In this document: positions 13,640-24,888 of the stretch, in pieces
Layout of the letters: each line of letters begins with the position of its first letter
Position numbering within the stretch: position 1 is the first letter of the stretch
Assembly (NCBI GenBank): GCA_011109175.1
Contig: RDEW01000021.1
Location: forward strand, 11,080 to 75,079
Reading direction: 5' to 3'
Length of the DNA: 64,000 nucleotides
Source: Dicyema japonicum
Taxonomy: Eukaryota; Animalia; Dicyemida
The notes under the pieces: model-generated
What the model saw: the letters and a program-made list of their open reading frames with translations, nothing else
What the model was told of the DNA's origin: nothing
Databases searched by the model: none
Position numbers and translations under genes: made by a program

Positions 13640-14760
13640 TTCTTCGTGGTGTTATGAACATGTTCCCTTCTACGTGGAAGAAGTCTTTTGTACGGATGAT
13701 CCCGAAAAAGGAAAAAGCTAGTTCAAATCCAGAGAACTATAAGCCAAAAAGCCTAATATGCAGTACATAAAAAATTATGGAAAAAATTATTTTTAACAGA
13801 TTATCAAAGCATATTGAAGATAACAAATTTCTTCACCCCACTGAGGGATTTGGAGATTGTTTTTCAATATTATCAAATTTTATGTGTTGCTAAAAAAAAT
13901 AGAGAATGTCTTACGGCTGTAAGTCTAGATATATCAAAGACTTTTGATAGCGTTTGGTATGACAGGGTTTTTGAAAACTGTCAAATTTTAATGTTGGGAG
14001 CAAGGCACTAGTGTGGATGAAGGATTTTCTTTCTGGTAGAGAATCTTTTATACGTGTTGGAAATCATACATCGAAGAAAATTTTGTTAAAAAGAGTTGTA
14101 CCACAAAGGTCTCTCTTATTCAATTGTGTTATGTGTGACATTCCGAAGGTGAACACTTAAAGTCGAAAATGCTTATTTATGCTGATGAATCATCAGAAAT
14201 ATATAAAAATTTAGAATCGACCCAATTTTACTATAAATAAAGCATACAATTATTTGAAAAAAATGGATTTTAAAAAAGACGTATGTGGAATAAAAATTAT
14301 ATTAACAAAAGGACGAATTCTAATGATATCACAAAAATAATGAATTTCGTTGATCATTTCATTTCACCTTTAGATTATTTTTTGTTGATTGCATGTCAAG
14401 CGTGGAAAGATCATTTTTATTTTTATCAACAATCATTTTCGTTTCGTAAACAAAATCTTATCCAAGGATAGGAATTTTAAAGCGGATTAATCTAGAAAAA
14501 GTGTACTGCTTCATGGATTGTGAATAACAAGAATAAATCAAAAATGTGTTTTGATACTGGAGCAATCAAATGCATGGAGCAGTTGCTATATCTTGGTGTG
14601 AACTCTAAGGGTTCCTTCATTAATTATATTAAGAAAAAAAGGAAAAAAGCTACAGCGATGTTGAAATCGATTCTACGTTTTCAATTGAGTCCGGAAACTT
14701 TTCTTTATGTGTATACAGCTTGTATAGAACCATTCTTGATTTATGGCTTCCAACGATGGT
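13640..14760 (+). mobile_element. Degenerate jockey-like LINE RT fragment
   Basis: TWKKS..MIPKK..NPENYKP, AVSLDISKTFDSVW, VPQRSLL, LIYAD remnants. Confidence 0.75.
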
Positions 14761-14792
14761 TTGAAAGTGATGAGAGAAGTATTCTTGTAGAG

Positions 14793-14830
14793 CAGGGGTG
14801 GCCAACCGGTCGATCGTGGGGTGTTTCTTG
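14793..14830 (+). mobile_element. Solitary hAT terminus
   Basis: CAGGGGTGGCCAACC preceded by ttgTAgag (hAT-type 8-mer); no partner end found. Confidence 0.5.
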
Positions 14831-15147
14831 GTCAATCACAATCAATTGAGTTTTAACAAAACGATTGATATAGCGAAACTATGTGTATTTTCCCGTTTAA
14901 TTTTCCATGATATAACTGTCAAGGAAGAATTATTTGCTATTATACCTATGAAAAAAGAACAGCTGGCAAAATATCTATATTTTTTTCAAGTTTTTATTAT
15001 TATTCGATTTATTACCGCTAACAAACGAAATTAATAAATTAATTAACACAAAAATTTATCGATTGATTTCTAACGGCTTTAAGGCCACGTATAACGCCTT
15101 TAACGGCTCGTATTCAACCTGGGCTCGTATTCAACCGGTCACATTAA

Positions 15148-15380
15148 TTAACACAAAAATTTATCAAACGTGGTCCCAGCGGACATTACCGACGTAACAG
15201 AGATCATCTGGAAAAGCCACCGAATCTCACGTGCGTCGTGGATTTTTAGTGTAGCTAGGCGTTCAATCTTCTTTATGAAACGAAGCAATTCCCCACTTAT
15301 CGTCTCAACAACAATGGGGTAGAACGCGAATCGGTCGCGTAGCACTTCGTATTTCTTCTCCTTTGCTCTCATCAAGGGAA
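15148..15380 (-). mobile_element. CRE-like RLE element 3' fragment
   Basis: AKEKKY..L..FAFYPIVVET.SG..WLFQMISV; homologous to 26938-27351. Confidence 0.8.
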
Positions 15381-16089
15381 AATTAGTTCTGATATATTAA
15401 TTTTTTTAAATATTTATTTATTATAATGAAAAACAAAAAATTAAGAGAAACTTAATTATTTAATCACACCCTTTAATTTTGGCTACTTCCAGAGTATTGA
15501 CATCTTTTGGATACAATTTTTGATATGTCGAACTCAGCTATTTTTTGTAGTTCCAACTTTTATTAAAGTGGTTTTATTAGTGAGAATTGTTTTTTGAGCA
15601 GCTTTTTTTTAATTTCATAAATGAAAAAAGCTGTTCACATATATTTCGAACCAAAACAAGCAATGATTTTTGTCTTTTCAGATCGTACCAAGATATAGTG
15701 AAGAAATTAACACTCAGCAATGATTCAGTTGCTTGTTGAATAATTTTTATAAAATAAATATTTTTTGTGCTGGAAAAAAGTTCGTTTACTATTTATTGGC
15801 TATTGACTGCTATAAAAATGTTACTGACATAAACAATTAATTGTGTTTGTAAGGGGAGTAATGCCGGATTTAAAAATTTATGAAAAATTTCTTTCGTTAT
15901 GTTCACTTCACCACTCAACAAAAGGATAGATTTATTCCAAAAAAATTTGTCGAGTTATAAAAGATGAAAACTTGGACCCTCAAAATTGATTCTATGGAAC
16001 TGATAGATGTCCTTCTATAATTGGTCAGAAATCTGGTTTCAAATGCGAATGAGAGATTATGGAGTCGAAAATAAAGATGACCAAAAGAA

Positions 16090-18620
16090 TGGGCGAGTCA
16101 GGTAGTCCTGCAGGTTCGTAGCAGGCTATCTCGAATGCCCTGGAATGGATGGCCATACTTGGCGGAGCTCTGCAGTGGCAGATTCAGTACTGCTATATCT
16201 GTGAGTGAACTCAAGAAGATGGCTGTAGGCAAAGAGGGTACTGGTCTAAAGGGGCGGGGACCAGGTGACCACAACTGTCAAAGAGAGCACGAGCACCAGA
16301 GCTGTGATACGTTGCAGCTCAAGCATGTTTATGAGGTCTTTGCACGGAATCTCGCTGCAGCGGCAGATGTCCCACTTGAGAACCGTAGATTTACCTGCAA
16401 GATTCCTCATTGTAAGGTTAACGGTGGAGTGTTAACCTGCATCAATAAGGCTATGGCTTATGCGGTGGAGTCGACCGATAACCTGCATGCCAACCCTGTA
16501 TAAACTGATGACCAAATTGTGGCTAATGAGGTCAGGAGCTTTGTAGAAGCAAATGGGATTCTCTCCGAGAATCAGTTGGGTACTGTGCGAAATTGTCAGG
16601 GGGCAAAAGAGCAGGCTTTGATCAACAAATGCCTTTCTGTGTTTCACGGAAACTCACTTTTGTCTATGTGGGTGGATGTGAAGAAGGCTTACGATTCAGT
16701 TGATCATTCTTACCTTGTCGAGTGCCTACACAGTCTGTGTATGCCTGTGTGGTTCATCAGTTTTGTAGTGGCTGTGATGAATAGGTGGAGTATTCATCTG
16801 AATTATAATAGGCACTGGATAGGTAAGGTAAAACTCAAGAGGGGGATCCTTCAGGGAGATAGCATGTCTCCGCTACTCTTTGTTCTCTGTTTGGAGCCAT
16901 TGAGTCGCCGCCTCAATGACCGGTTTGAGCAAATACCAGTTCATTGTGAAGGGGTTTGTTTCAGTACAAATCACCTTCTTTTTATCGATGACTGAAGATG
17001 TATGCTCGAACAGCCGAGGAGCTCTACTCCATGGGGGTCTGTGCCAGGGAATTCTTTGAGAGTATAGGGCTAGATTTGAATTATTCAAAGTCTGCGACTA
17101 ACACGCAAGTATGTAGCGAGTTAGTAAGAGTCCTAGAGGAACACGAAGGATATAAGTATCTGGGTGTTACCGAATCTCCAAAGTCCCTTATAATGCCTGA
17201 GACAAAGCGACAAATTACTGAAGGCATCCGTAAAAGAGCAGCGTTATTGTGTAAGACGTCTCTAAATGCAAGGAATTTGTTCCTAGCATTAAATGAGTAT
17301 GCTGTCTCGCTGCTAAACTACTACATAGGTGTTGTGGAGTTTGAGCCCAAAGAGTATGATGAGATGGATGTTATGATCCGTGGAGTACTCAGAGAGAACC
17401 ATGTCCATGTGTTGGCAGCCAATAAGGAGAGACTATATTTACCCCGTGATAAATTCGGCCGTGGACTGTGTGGAGTAGTCCAACTAAGTGAGCGTATCCT
17501 AATGCGAATGCACGACACCCTGATAGCTGGGTCAAGTGTGTCTGCTAGGAAGCACGCCATAATAACGACCGAGAAAACACGGGCAACCCACCTAGGCACT
17601 ATCAGACCTTTTTTGTCTGCTAAGTATGGTGTTGATGATGGTGGGCTAGTAAATGTGAAGGCGTTGATCGAATTACAATATAATAATTTGATGGAAAAGA
17701 TCAACTTAAAAAGCCTTCATAAGGTCCTCTTCAGAGCATTGGACAACCCACATGTCGACCTTAAGTCGTCGACAATATGGCTAAAATACGGTGACAACTC
17801 ACCTCGATCGGAGGCGTTGTACACGTATATGCAAGACCGCAATATTTTTTGGGGTCGATCAACAAATACATGTCCCCACTGTAAGTCAAGGAGCATGTCG
17901 GTTGATCATTTAGCCACTCGATGTGGATCCATGCTCTGCCACGACTATGTGTGGAGGCACAACGAGGTAGTAAGGAGTCTTCATCTTCTACTATGCAATA
18001 AGTATGGTATTCGCCACACCAGAAAGTTGCGGACTCATAAGGTGCAATCTGTAGTAGAGAACACCAGGGTCCAAATTAAGGTAGACAGTGTTATCCGTAC
18101 CTCGGTGCTAGTCAAGCACAATAAACCGGACATTGTGGTACACGATAAGGAGTCTGGCCAAGTCCTTATCATAGAGGTTGGCATCACGTCTCAAGACCGT
18201 TTGCAGACTGTGGAGGTGGAGAAAAAAAGGAAGTATGACTTTCTTGCAAACGAGATGGGGCAGATGCTTGGTTGCAAGGTCCTCGTTATTCCTATAGTAA
18301 TGACGTGGGAAGGAATTGCAACAAAGTACCACAAGGGTTATCTGAAGCAGTTGGGGGTAGATAGGAAGCTCCAGGCCTATCTACAGTCCACTGTGTTAAA
18401 GCGGACCCTAGAGAGCTTGACACTGGAGTATAGGAGGCAGAGCCCTGAGATGCCATATGGGCAGAGGGTTCAATTTGACAATGCGCTCTCGGAGTTGTTT
18501 CAGCAACCAGAATCGAACCTGCCTGAGGAGGCTGGCGAACAGGCAGGCGAGGAAGGTTGTTGATTAAATATATTAACTTTTTATTTTTTATTGTTATTTT
18601 TAAATAAAAAATTAATTCAA
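16090..18620 (+). mobile_element. Near-intact R4/Dong-like RLE non-LTR retrotransposon (RT + CCHC + PD-(D/E)xK endonuclease)
   Basis: RPITCMPTLYK, KKAYDSVDH, GILQGDSMSPLLF, FIDD, YKYLG, CPHC..DHLATRC, RHNEVV, KPDIV, IIEVG, EKKRKY. From 16480 onward only two -1 frameshifts (near 16515 and 16992) break the frame. Confidence 0.93.
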
Positions 18621-18699
18621 ACTGTATTTATTATATGGCTAACCTGATTTATTTTAATTTTAACAGCATGGCTTTAGTGATTCATTATGTCTCAATTTA

Positions 18700-19300
18700 A
18701 GGACTTTATCATAGATCTATAGATGACAAAATTAAACGGATATTATGTGAAATCGATCCTGAAAATATAAGTACTCAAATGAAACGGAGAGTACGATGAG
18801 AGGCCTCACATTTTCAGATTGATCTAATCGATCTGAAAAAAAAGTTTCAAAGTGTCAACCAAGGATTTAAATGGATCCTATCCGTAATTGATGTATATAG
18901 TCGGTATTAAAATTGTACATAACCACGTTAGTTTCGCTTTTGCAAGGCCATTGTTAAATAAGTCAGCATTTGAAGTATGTCAGAATTTTAGTCAATTTCT
19001 ATAGTCTGACAACGTACTGAATTTAAAAATACCAACATTCAAGCTTTATGTGAGAAATTTAGAATACGTCACATCCATGGAAGACCAAACAGTTCTAGAT
19101 CCCAAGTTTGTATACAAAATAATTTTTAGGGAATAGTAGAACGTTTCAATCAAACGTTGACAATATCAAAAATTTATTGATGGGAATCAAAATGAATGGG
19201 TGTCTATTCTAGAATGTGCAGTTTACTGCTACAATACGACAATGCACTCTTTTTCAAATGAGACGCCATTTAAACGGTATCGAGGAATTTGTCATTACAT
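18700..19300 (+). mobile_element. Degenerate retroviral-like integrase (Ginger/KRBA2-like)
   Basis: QIDLIDL..WILSVIDVYSRY, SDN, HIHGRP, WVSIL..AVYCYNTTMHS..ETPF. Confidence 0.75.
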
Positions 19301-19399
19301 CTGTCGAATTTAAACACTGATTTACATGGAAAAGACAACCTTTGTTATCAATTATATGCATTTATATCTTCTTTCCTCATAAAATTATATTTATGAAGA

Positions 19400-19915
19400 T
19401 TCAACATTCAAATAGATACATGTCACTTTGCTATCTGAAAATAAAGATCGTATGAATAATATGTATCAATTATCGGCGGCTTAATTTACCAATTTCAATG
19501 ATGCTTTGGAATTCATTTACAAAAATATAAAATTTTATATTTTAAAGAGATTTACTCTTAATGAAAATATTTACAACGCCCTTCAACGTCAAATTGAAGA
19601 ATCCAAATGGAATTGACAGCCAATTTACAGTTTAACGCTTTTTAAACACTTTTCTTATCGAATTTTGCCAATCTCTACCCAAAGAAAAATTTAAGAATCA
19701 TGTGAATAATGCATTAATATTTCAATATTCGGATCAACTTATGTGAATACATTTTCAGAAAATGGTTCAACTAAAGAACAAATACCGCAATAAACTGATT
19801 TCTACATCTTTTATTGTAGCAGCTTTTAAAGAGCTATTTGATTAATGGTTTATAAATTTTACATTTGCTTTCTTGTTTATATTAATTAAGTTTTAAAAAA
19901 AATTGGCGGCCCCTA
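19400..19915 (+). mobile_element. hAT (SPIN/GTF2IRD2-type) transposase C-terminal remnant
   Basis: SIFGST..CEYIF..KMVQLKNKYRNKL near 19720-19800; possible terminus ttggcggccccta. Confidence 0.6.
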
Positions 19916-19919
19916 CATA

Positions 19920-21840
19920 AATTAAATTATTAACCCCGGCTTCGCCAGGAAGTGGGAAGCCGGCGACCATCAGAGAGCGTGCAGTCCGGACAGGCCGCTC
20001 CCAGAGATCCTCGACTTTTGCATCCGGTGGTCCAGGGCAGGGAAAAAGGTCCGAACTACTCTGCCAGCCAGAAAAGGGTGGTGTCCACATCGTAGGCGAG
20101 CCAGTCCGATTCTGATCTTCCTCGGGAGCGATTTTTCCGTTGGACTGATATCAGGGGGGAAGCGCTCCAAGACTTTGTTATATTGAAGTGTCCTAATGAC
20201 CCGTGTTGAGATGAAATCATGGATTCGGCGGGTCCAAGTTGAGTCTTCTTGAGGGGGGTGATCTTCGACAAGGCTCTTTGTAGGTCAAAGAGGGTCCTGC
20301 GTATGTATCTGCGGTTATTGTTACTTAGCAGAGCGTGAACTGGGTGATTCGGGTCGAACGACTGCCGTAGGAATTGTAAATTACGCATTTCCAGGTGGTC
20401 ATAGAGCGGGAGGATTTTCGACTCCCAATGTAAATGGTCGGTGGGGGTTGACTTTAAGCAGCCAGTTATTATTCTCAGCGCCGAGTTTTGCACTTTCTGC
20501 AGTTCTTGAGAAAGGGACAAGGAGATTGAGGGGGCCCAACTTGGTGAGGCGTAGTTGAGTGTAGTCCTGATGAACTGTTTGTAGAGAAGAGTTAAGTTTT
20601 CTTTTTGCTGACCGTTTGAGTGGCCAGCTACTGCCCGTAATATGTTAAGTTTCCGCTTGGCTTTTGTCATTACTTCCTCCACTTGTCTGTTGAAACAGAG
20701 TGAAGGATCGAAGACAACTCCAAGGATCTTCGGGTATTTATTTAAGGGGAGTGGTTCGTCTCCCAACGAGAGTGTGGGGTTTAGGTTGAATTGTCTTCGA
20801 TCGGTTGTGAACAGGGTAGCTGATGACTTCGAGGTGGAAACACTCATCCAGTTTAAGTTCATCCAGTCGGATAGCAAGTTCAGGTGGTACTGCACTTTTT
20901 CGGTGGCCAGTCGAACATCGCCACTCCTGGATGCGATTACTAGATCATCGGCATATGTCAATAGTAACGTATTTTGGGTTGTTGGGATGTCTTTGACGTA
21001 AAGGTTGAAAAGTGAGGGTGAAAGGACTGATCCCTGGGGAACACCGTTTGGTAGGAGTCGATATCTTGATAGATTTGAATATAGACACGTATGACCCAGT
21101 CTTCCCGAGAGGAAATTTGTGAGCCATGACTTCCATACAGAGGGAATATTTGAAGAATAGATCTTGTTGCAGAGGACCACACGGGAGATTCTGTCGAAAG
21201 CTTTAGTTAGGTCAATAGAGGCCAAGACAGTTCGTTCCGGGGGTTTGCAGTTGTTGAAACCGTTGGAGATGTATTGGGTTAGTGTCAGTAAGTGCGTGGT
21301 GGTCGAGTGTAAAGGACGGAAACCATGTTGTGAGTCGGAGAGGTCGAGGTAGGGGGTGATTTCGTTAAGAATGATCCTTTCGAGGATTTTTGAGACAACA
21401 GATGTTAAGGAAATTGGCCTGAACGAAGAGGGCAAGGAGGAGGCTTTGTTGTTCTTGAGTATTGGGATAATGTTCGACTTCTTCTATAACATCGGGATGA
21501 AACACCTGTTGATAGAGAATTCGTAGATATCTTTAAGTGCCAAGAGCCCGTTTGGACCGAGGTGCTTTAGGTGGAATATGCTGATCCGATCGGGTCCCGT
21601 GGCTGGTGAGTTTCTTGAGTTTGTAATGAGGTTTTGAACATGACTTATTGATACTTCGAATCGTGCCTTTGTTACCCTTGGGGGTTTAGTAATATGAGGT
21701 CGATTTTCTTTATTCATTGGAATATGACTCATTTTGCTATGGTGAGTCATCAAGTCATTTGCCTGGCAGTGGAAATCTTTTGTTTGGTTGTCCTTTCCAA
21801 GTCTACCTCCATGGGTTGTGCTCTTTTCCGTATGAAACAT
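19920..21840 (-). mobile_element. 5'-truncated LINE with open RT domain (ORF 20056-21435, 459 aa)
   Basis: SFRPISLTS, QHGFRP, IDLTKAFD, GVPQGSVLSP, TYADD, PKILGV, RIITGC; 3' RIGLARLRCGHH; ATGPDRI in 21484-21840. Confidence 0.95.
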
Positions 21841-21849
21841 AATACGTGC

Positions 21850-22470
21850 CGACCGAACTAAGAAACGTGGGGAGGACTACTTACATTAATCAGAAAAGGC
21901 CTAAAGTATGAGGACCATCACTCGAAGCGAAGAAACTTTTGGGAAGTCATGAAACCATGGAGACAATCGGAATATCTGTTGGCACAACAAAAAGAAGACT
22001 ATATTCGAACAGGACAATAGAAGTTACTGCGGAAGGAAGAGCATTGCCGTTCAGCAAATGGCAAAAAATATTGGGTCAGACTTTCGATACGCACATGAAC
22101 TTTTCGAGACATTTCACTAATGTGCTAAACAAAAGTGAGAAGAAAATCAACCTTCTGAAATGCCTAACAGTTCTATGGAAAATTGGACATCATCCTATAC
22201 TTAAAACGCTCTACTCACAGTACATCGAACCATGCATTTCATATGCTTGTACTTAATGGTGACCACTGGTCTCTTATACCAACATCCAGAAAATCTCCGC
22301 AACCCAGAAGAAGGCCTTCAAACTAACTGAGAGATGGTATACAAGGAAAAACATAAAATCACCGACGCCTATGGAGACACTAAAACGAACTTGTGTAGGC
22401 TCAAGGGGTCAACACCGAGCAAAAATGAGAGCCTTGATCAAATTCGTCGGGATCACTTAGTTAGTTTTTT
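21850..22470 (+). mobile_element. LINE 3' fragment (GGGATCAC-end family)
   Basis: KILGQTFDTHMNFSRH, LYSQYIEPCISYAC; ends gggatcacttagttag. Confidence 0.8.
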
Positions 22471-23634
22471 TACGGATTAACAGTGGTCTTTGGAATTAAC
22501 TTTAATTTAATTTTTTAGACGATTATAAGATGAGCTTCTATTGTCTTGGTCCTCTTCGATTTCTGCGTTAAGTAATCACGGTTTCACAAAATTGTAGGAG
22601 TAATATGTAGGATGCAACAAATGCCTGTAAATCAAGGAAATCCAAAAAGGTGATTTACTGTCAATTTGGAGAAGTTGCAAAAAAATAGTAGACATCTTTA
22701 CAAGTTTACTTACGTTTGTAGAGATGGGTAGTTCCCACATCGTAGACGAGCCAGGTTCACTCAGTCAATCAGAAGAGACGAATTTGATTGAAGAAGGGGG
22801 CCGTTGTAGGATTTTATAATCATGAGTCTACTCTTTAAAATATGGCATCCTCACGAAAACAAGTTATTAGGATTCTCAAGCATCTCAAGAACCCACATAT
22901 CAATCACAGACTGCGTATGCGAATTATTGAAAAAATAATCATTTGAAACGACCATGAAAATTATCGGTTATTCATATGTATACTTCTGGGTATGGCAGAG
23001 GAAAGATCACATCACCTCTATCGTACAAATATCATATTTTCGTTTAAAACTATAATAGTTTATTCTTAGAGCATTCTCACTAACCAAAAAAGAAATACAT
23101 CCCATTGCGAAGGTTTCGTTTTTCCATCATAGCTTCAAAGCTAGCAGACAGAGAAATCCTTCCTGCGGGGTTCAATCACTTTTAGCTACTTTAGTATACT
23201 AGTAATTGGGCTTAAATGACATAGTAAACTAAATTCATTACTGTAAGTTGTTCATAGGATTAAGACCCGGAGACTCGGTTCTTGCCAACTAAAGAGCAGA
23301 GTTTAATATTTTATAGGAATAACGATCGATGATGCTATTTTAAGGACTAAATGGTGAGATTAGCTGAGTCAAATCGCATAGAAAAGGGAATGTGAGGTAG
23401 ACGGAAAATCATTGTCATTAATCTTTATAATTAAGCTATTAATGATCTTGGGATTTGTCGGATGAAAAAAATTTTCAAGGGATACTCTAATAAGCAAATT
23501 AAGAAATGAGGATTCCTTTCTGTAATGACAGTTTCATATTATTAGACTTTTAAACAGGTTTACATTCTTAAATAAGTGACCTGTATTTGAAAACCAGTAT
23601 TAACCCATAAAAGACAAACGATTAACTAATTTAA

Positions 23635-24800
23635 TTATTTTTTTCTGCTTTTGAAACTACTATAGAGTTTAAATATTTTTTCATTTTTGTATAAAATATT
23701 GTTTTTCCTAAACTTTTTTATATAAAAATACATCGAAGTGGCAAGACAAAATAAAGCTCCACAAAGAAACCCTAATAAAATCCCTGAAAATTAAAAATTT
23801 AAAATAACCAATATAATTTAATAGACCTTTAGGGCATTCTGACTCGACTGAATGTGCTGATTCTAATTTAGTTTGTTTAGAAAAATTTAAAGGTTTAGTT
23901 GTTGTTGAAATCGTCTTTATCGATGCTTTTACAGCTGTAGAGTTTAAAGTCGTAGTAGTTGGTATCACTTCAGTTACTTCTTTAGTGGTTGCAGAAATTG
24001 TGGTCGGACTATAAGCGGTTGTTTCTGTCGTTCTTTTAGTAGTTTCAGAAATTGTAGTCGGACTATTAGTGATTGTTTCTGTCGTTCTTTTAGTAGCTTC
24101 AGAAATTGGGGTCGGATCATTAGCGGTTGTTTCTGTCGTTCTTTTAGTAATTTCAGAAATGAGGTCTGACTATTACTAATCATTCCAACTGGCTTTTTAG
24201 TAGATGTAATGGTTGTTGTAGGTAGAGCATCTATTTATTAAAGTAAAAACTTACTTGTTTGACAGACGAATCCATCCGCATTTAGATAATTATAACAATT
24301 ACAACGAGTCCATTTCCAATTAAAATATCCTGATAGACAAATACAGTGTCCCAAGATAGAATGATGTAAGAAAACAATTTGAAAAAAAGAAAACAAAGCA
24401 AAGTTTGTATAATTCAAAGGTATTCCTTTAAGTAAAAAACTAATCTACCTTTATACATCCAGCCAAAATTTTTATAATGTCCAGCTATATAGATAAGAGT
24501 ATTATCTGCAAGATTCATGGTTTTAAATATGCACGAATATTGTTTGAAATTGGATTTGAATCAATTAATGCCTGAAATATCAATGAAGATTACAATTTCT
24601 CCTCCAATATCGTTGCAGTACCTTTCGTCATCGTAATAAGTTTCTCTTTGAAAAACAAAATAATAGCACTTTCGGTTATACTCTAACACATGACTTCCAT
24701 ATGTATTCTTATCAGGGCATCCACAAAAAACTAAAAGAAATAGTAATAAAATAACCAGAAATGACTAAAACAAAAAGGGCATACGTTATTGGTCAAACAT
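23635..24800 (-). CDS. Type I membrane protein: signal peptide, C-type lectin-like domain, Thr-rich mucin stalk, TM helix, short basic tail
   Basis: With five 22-25 nt introns the model reads ...YALFVLVISVFCGCP..KCYYF..YCNDIGGEI..GWMYKG..HCICL..WKWTRC.., stalk, GILLGFLCGALFCLATSMYFYIKKFRK. Needs three single-base insertions (~24790, ~24522, ~24160), so it is a pseudogene or has assembly errors. Confidence 0.72.
23990..24175 (-). repeat. 54-bp coding tandem repeat (~3.3 copies; consensus NSPTTISETTKRTTETTA)
   Basis: ttctgtcgttcttttagta recurs at 24023, 24077, 24131. Confidence 0.95.
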
Positions 24801-24888
24801 TTAGGTATTATTTTTTATAAAAAATTAATATTATTTTTATTTTTAATTACAATTTCTAAACTTTGTTATATAAAAATACATCGAATGT

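Noticed and set aside
15038-15170. 22-bp direct repeats flanking ggctcgtattcaacc x2 as a CRISPR-like or TSD structure
   Set aside because: Only two units; best read as local duplication at the CRE 3' end in a eukaryotic genome.
20642-21352. Plus-strand ORFs opposite the LINE RT (and similar antisense ORFs at 17321, 47189-47974, 26626)
   Set aside because: Antisense shadows of RT coding sequence with no independent motifs.
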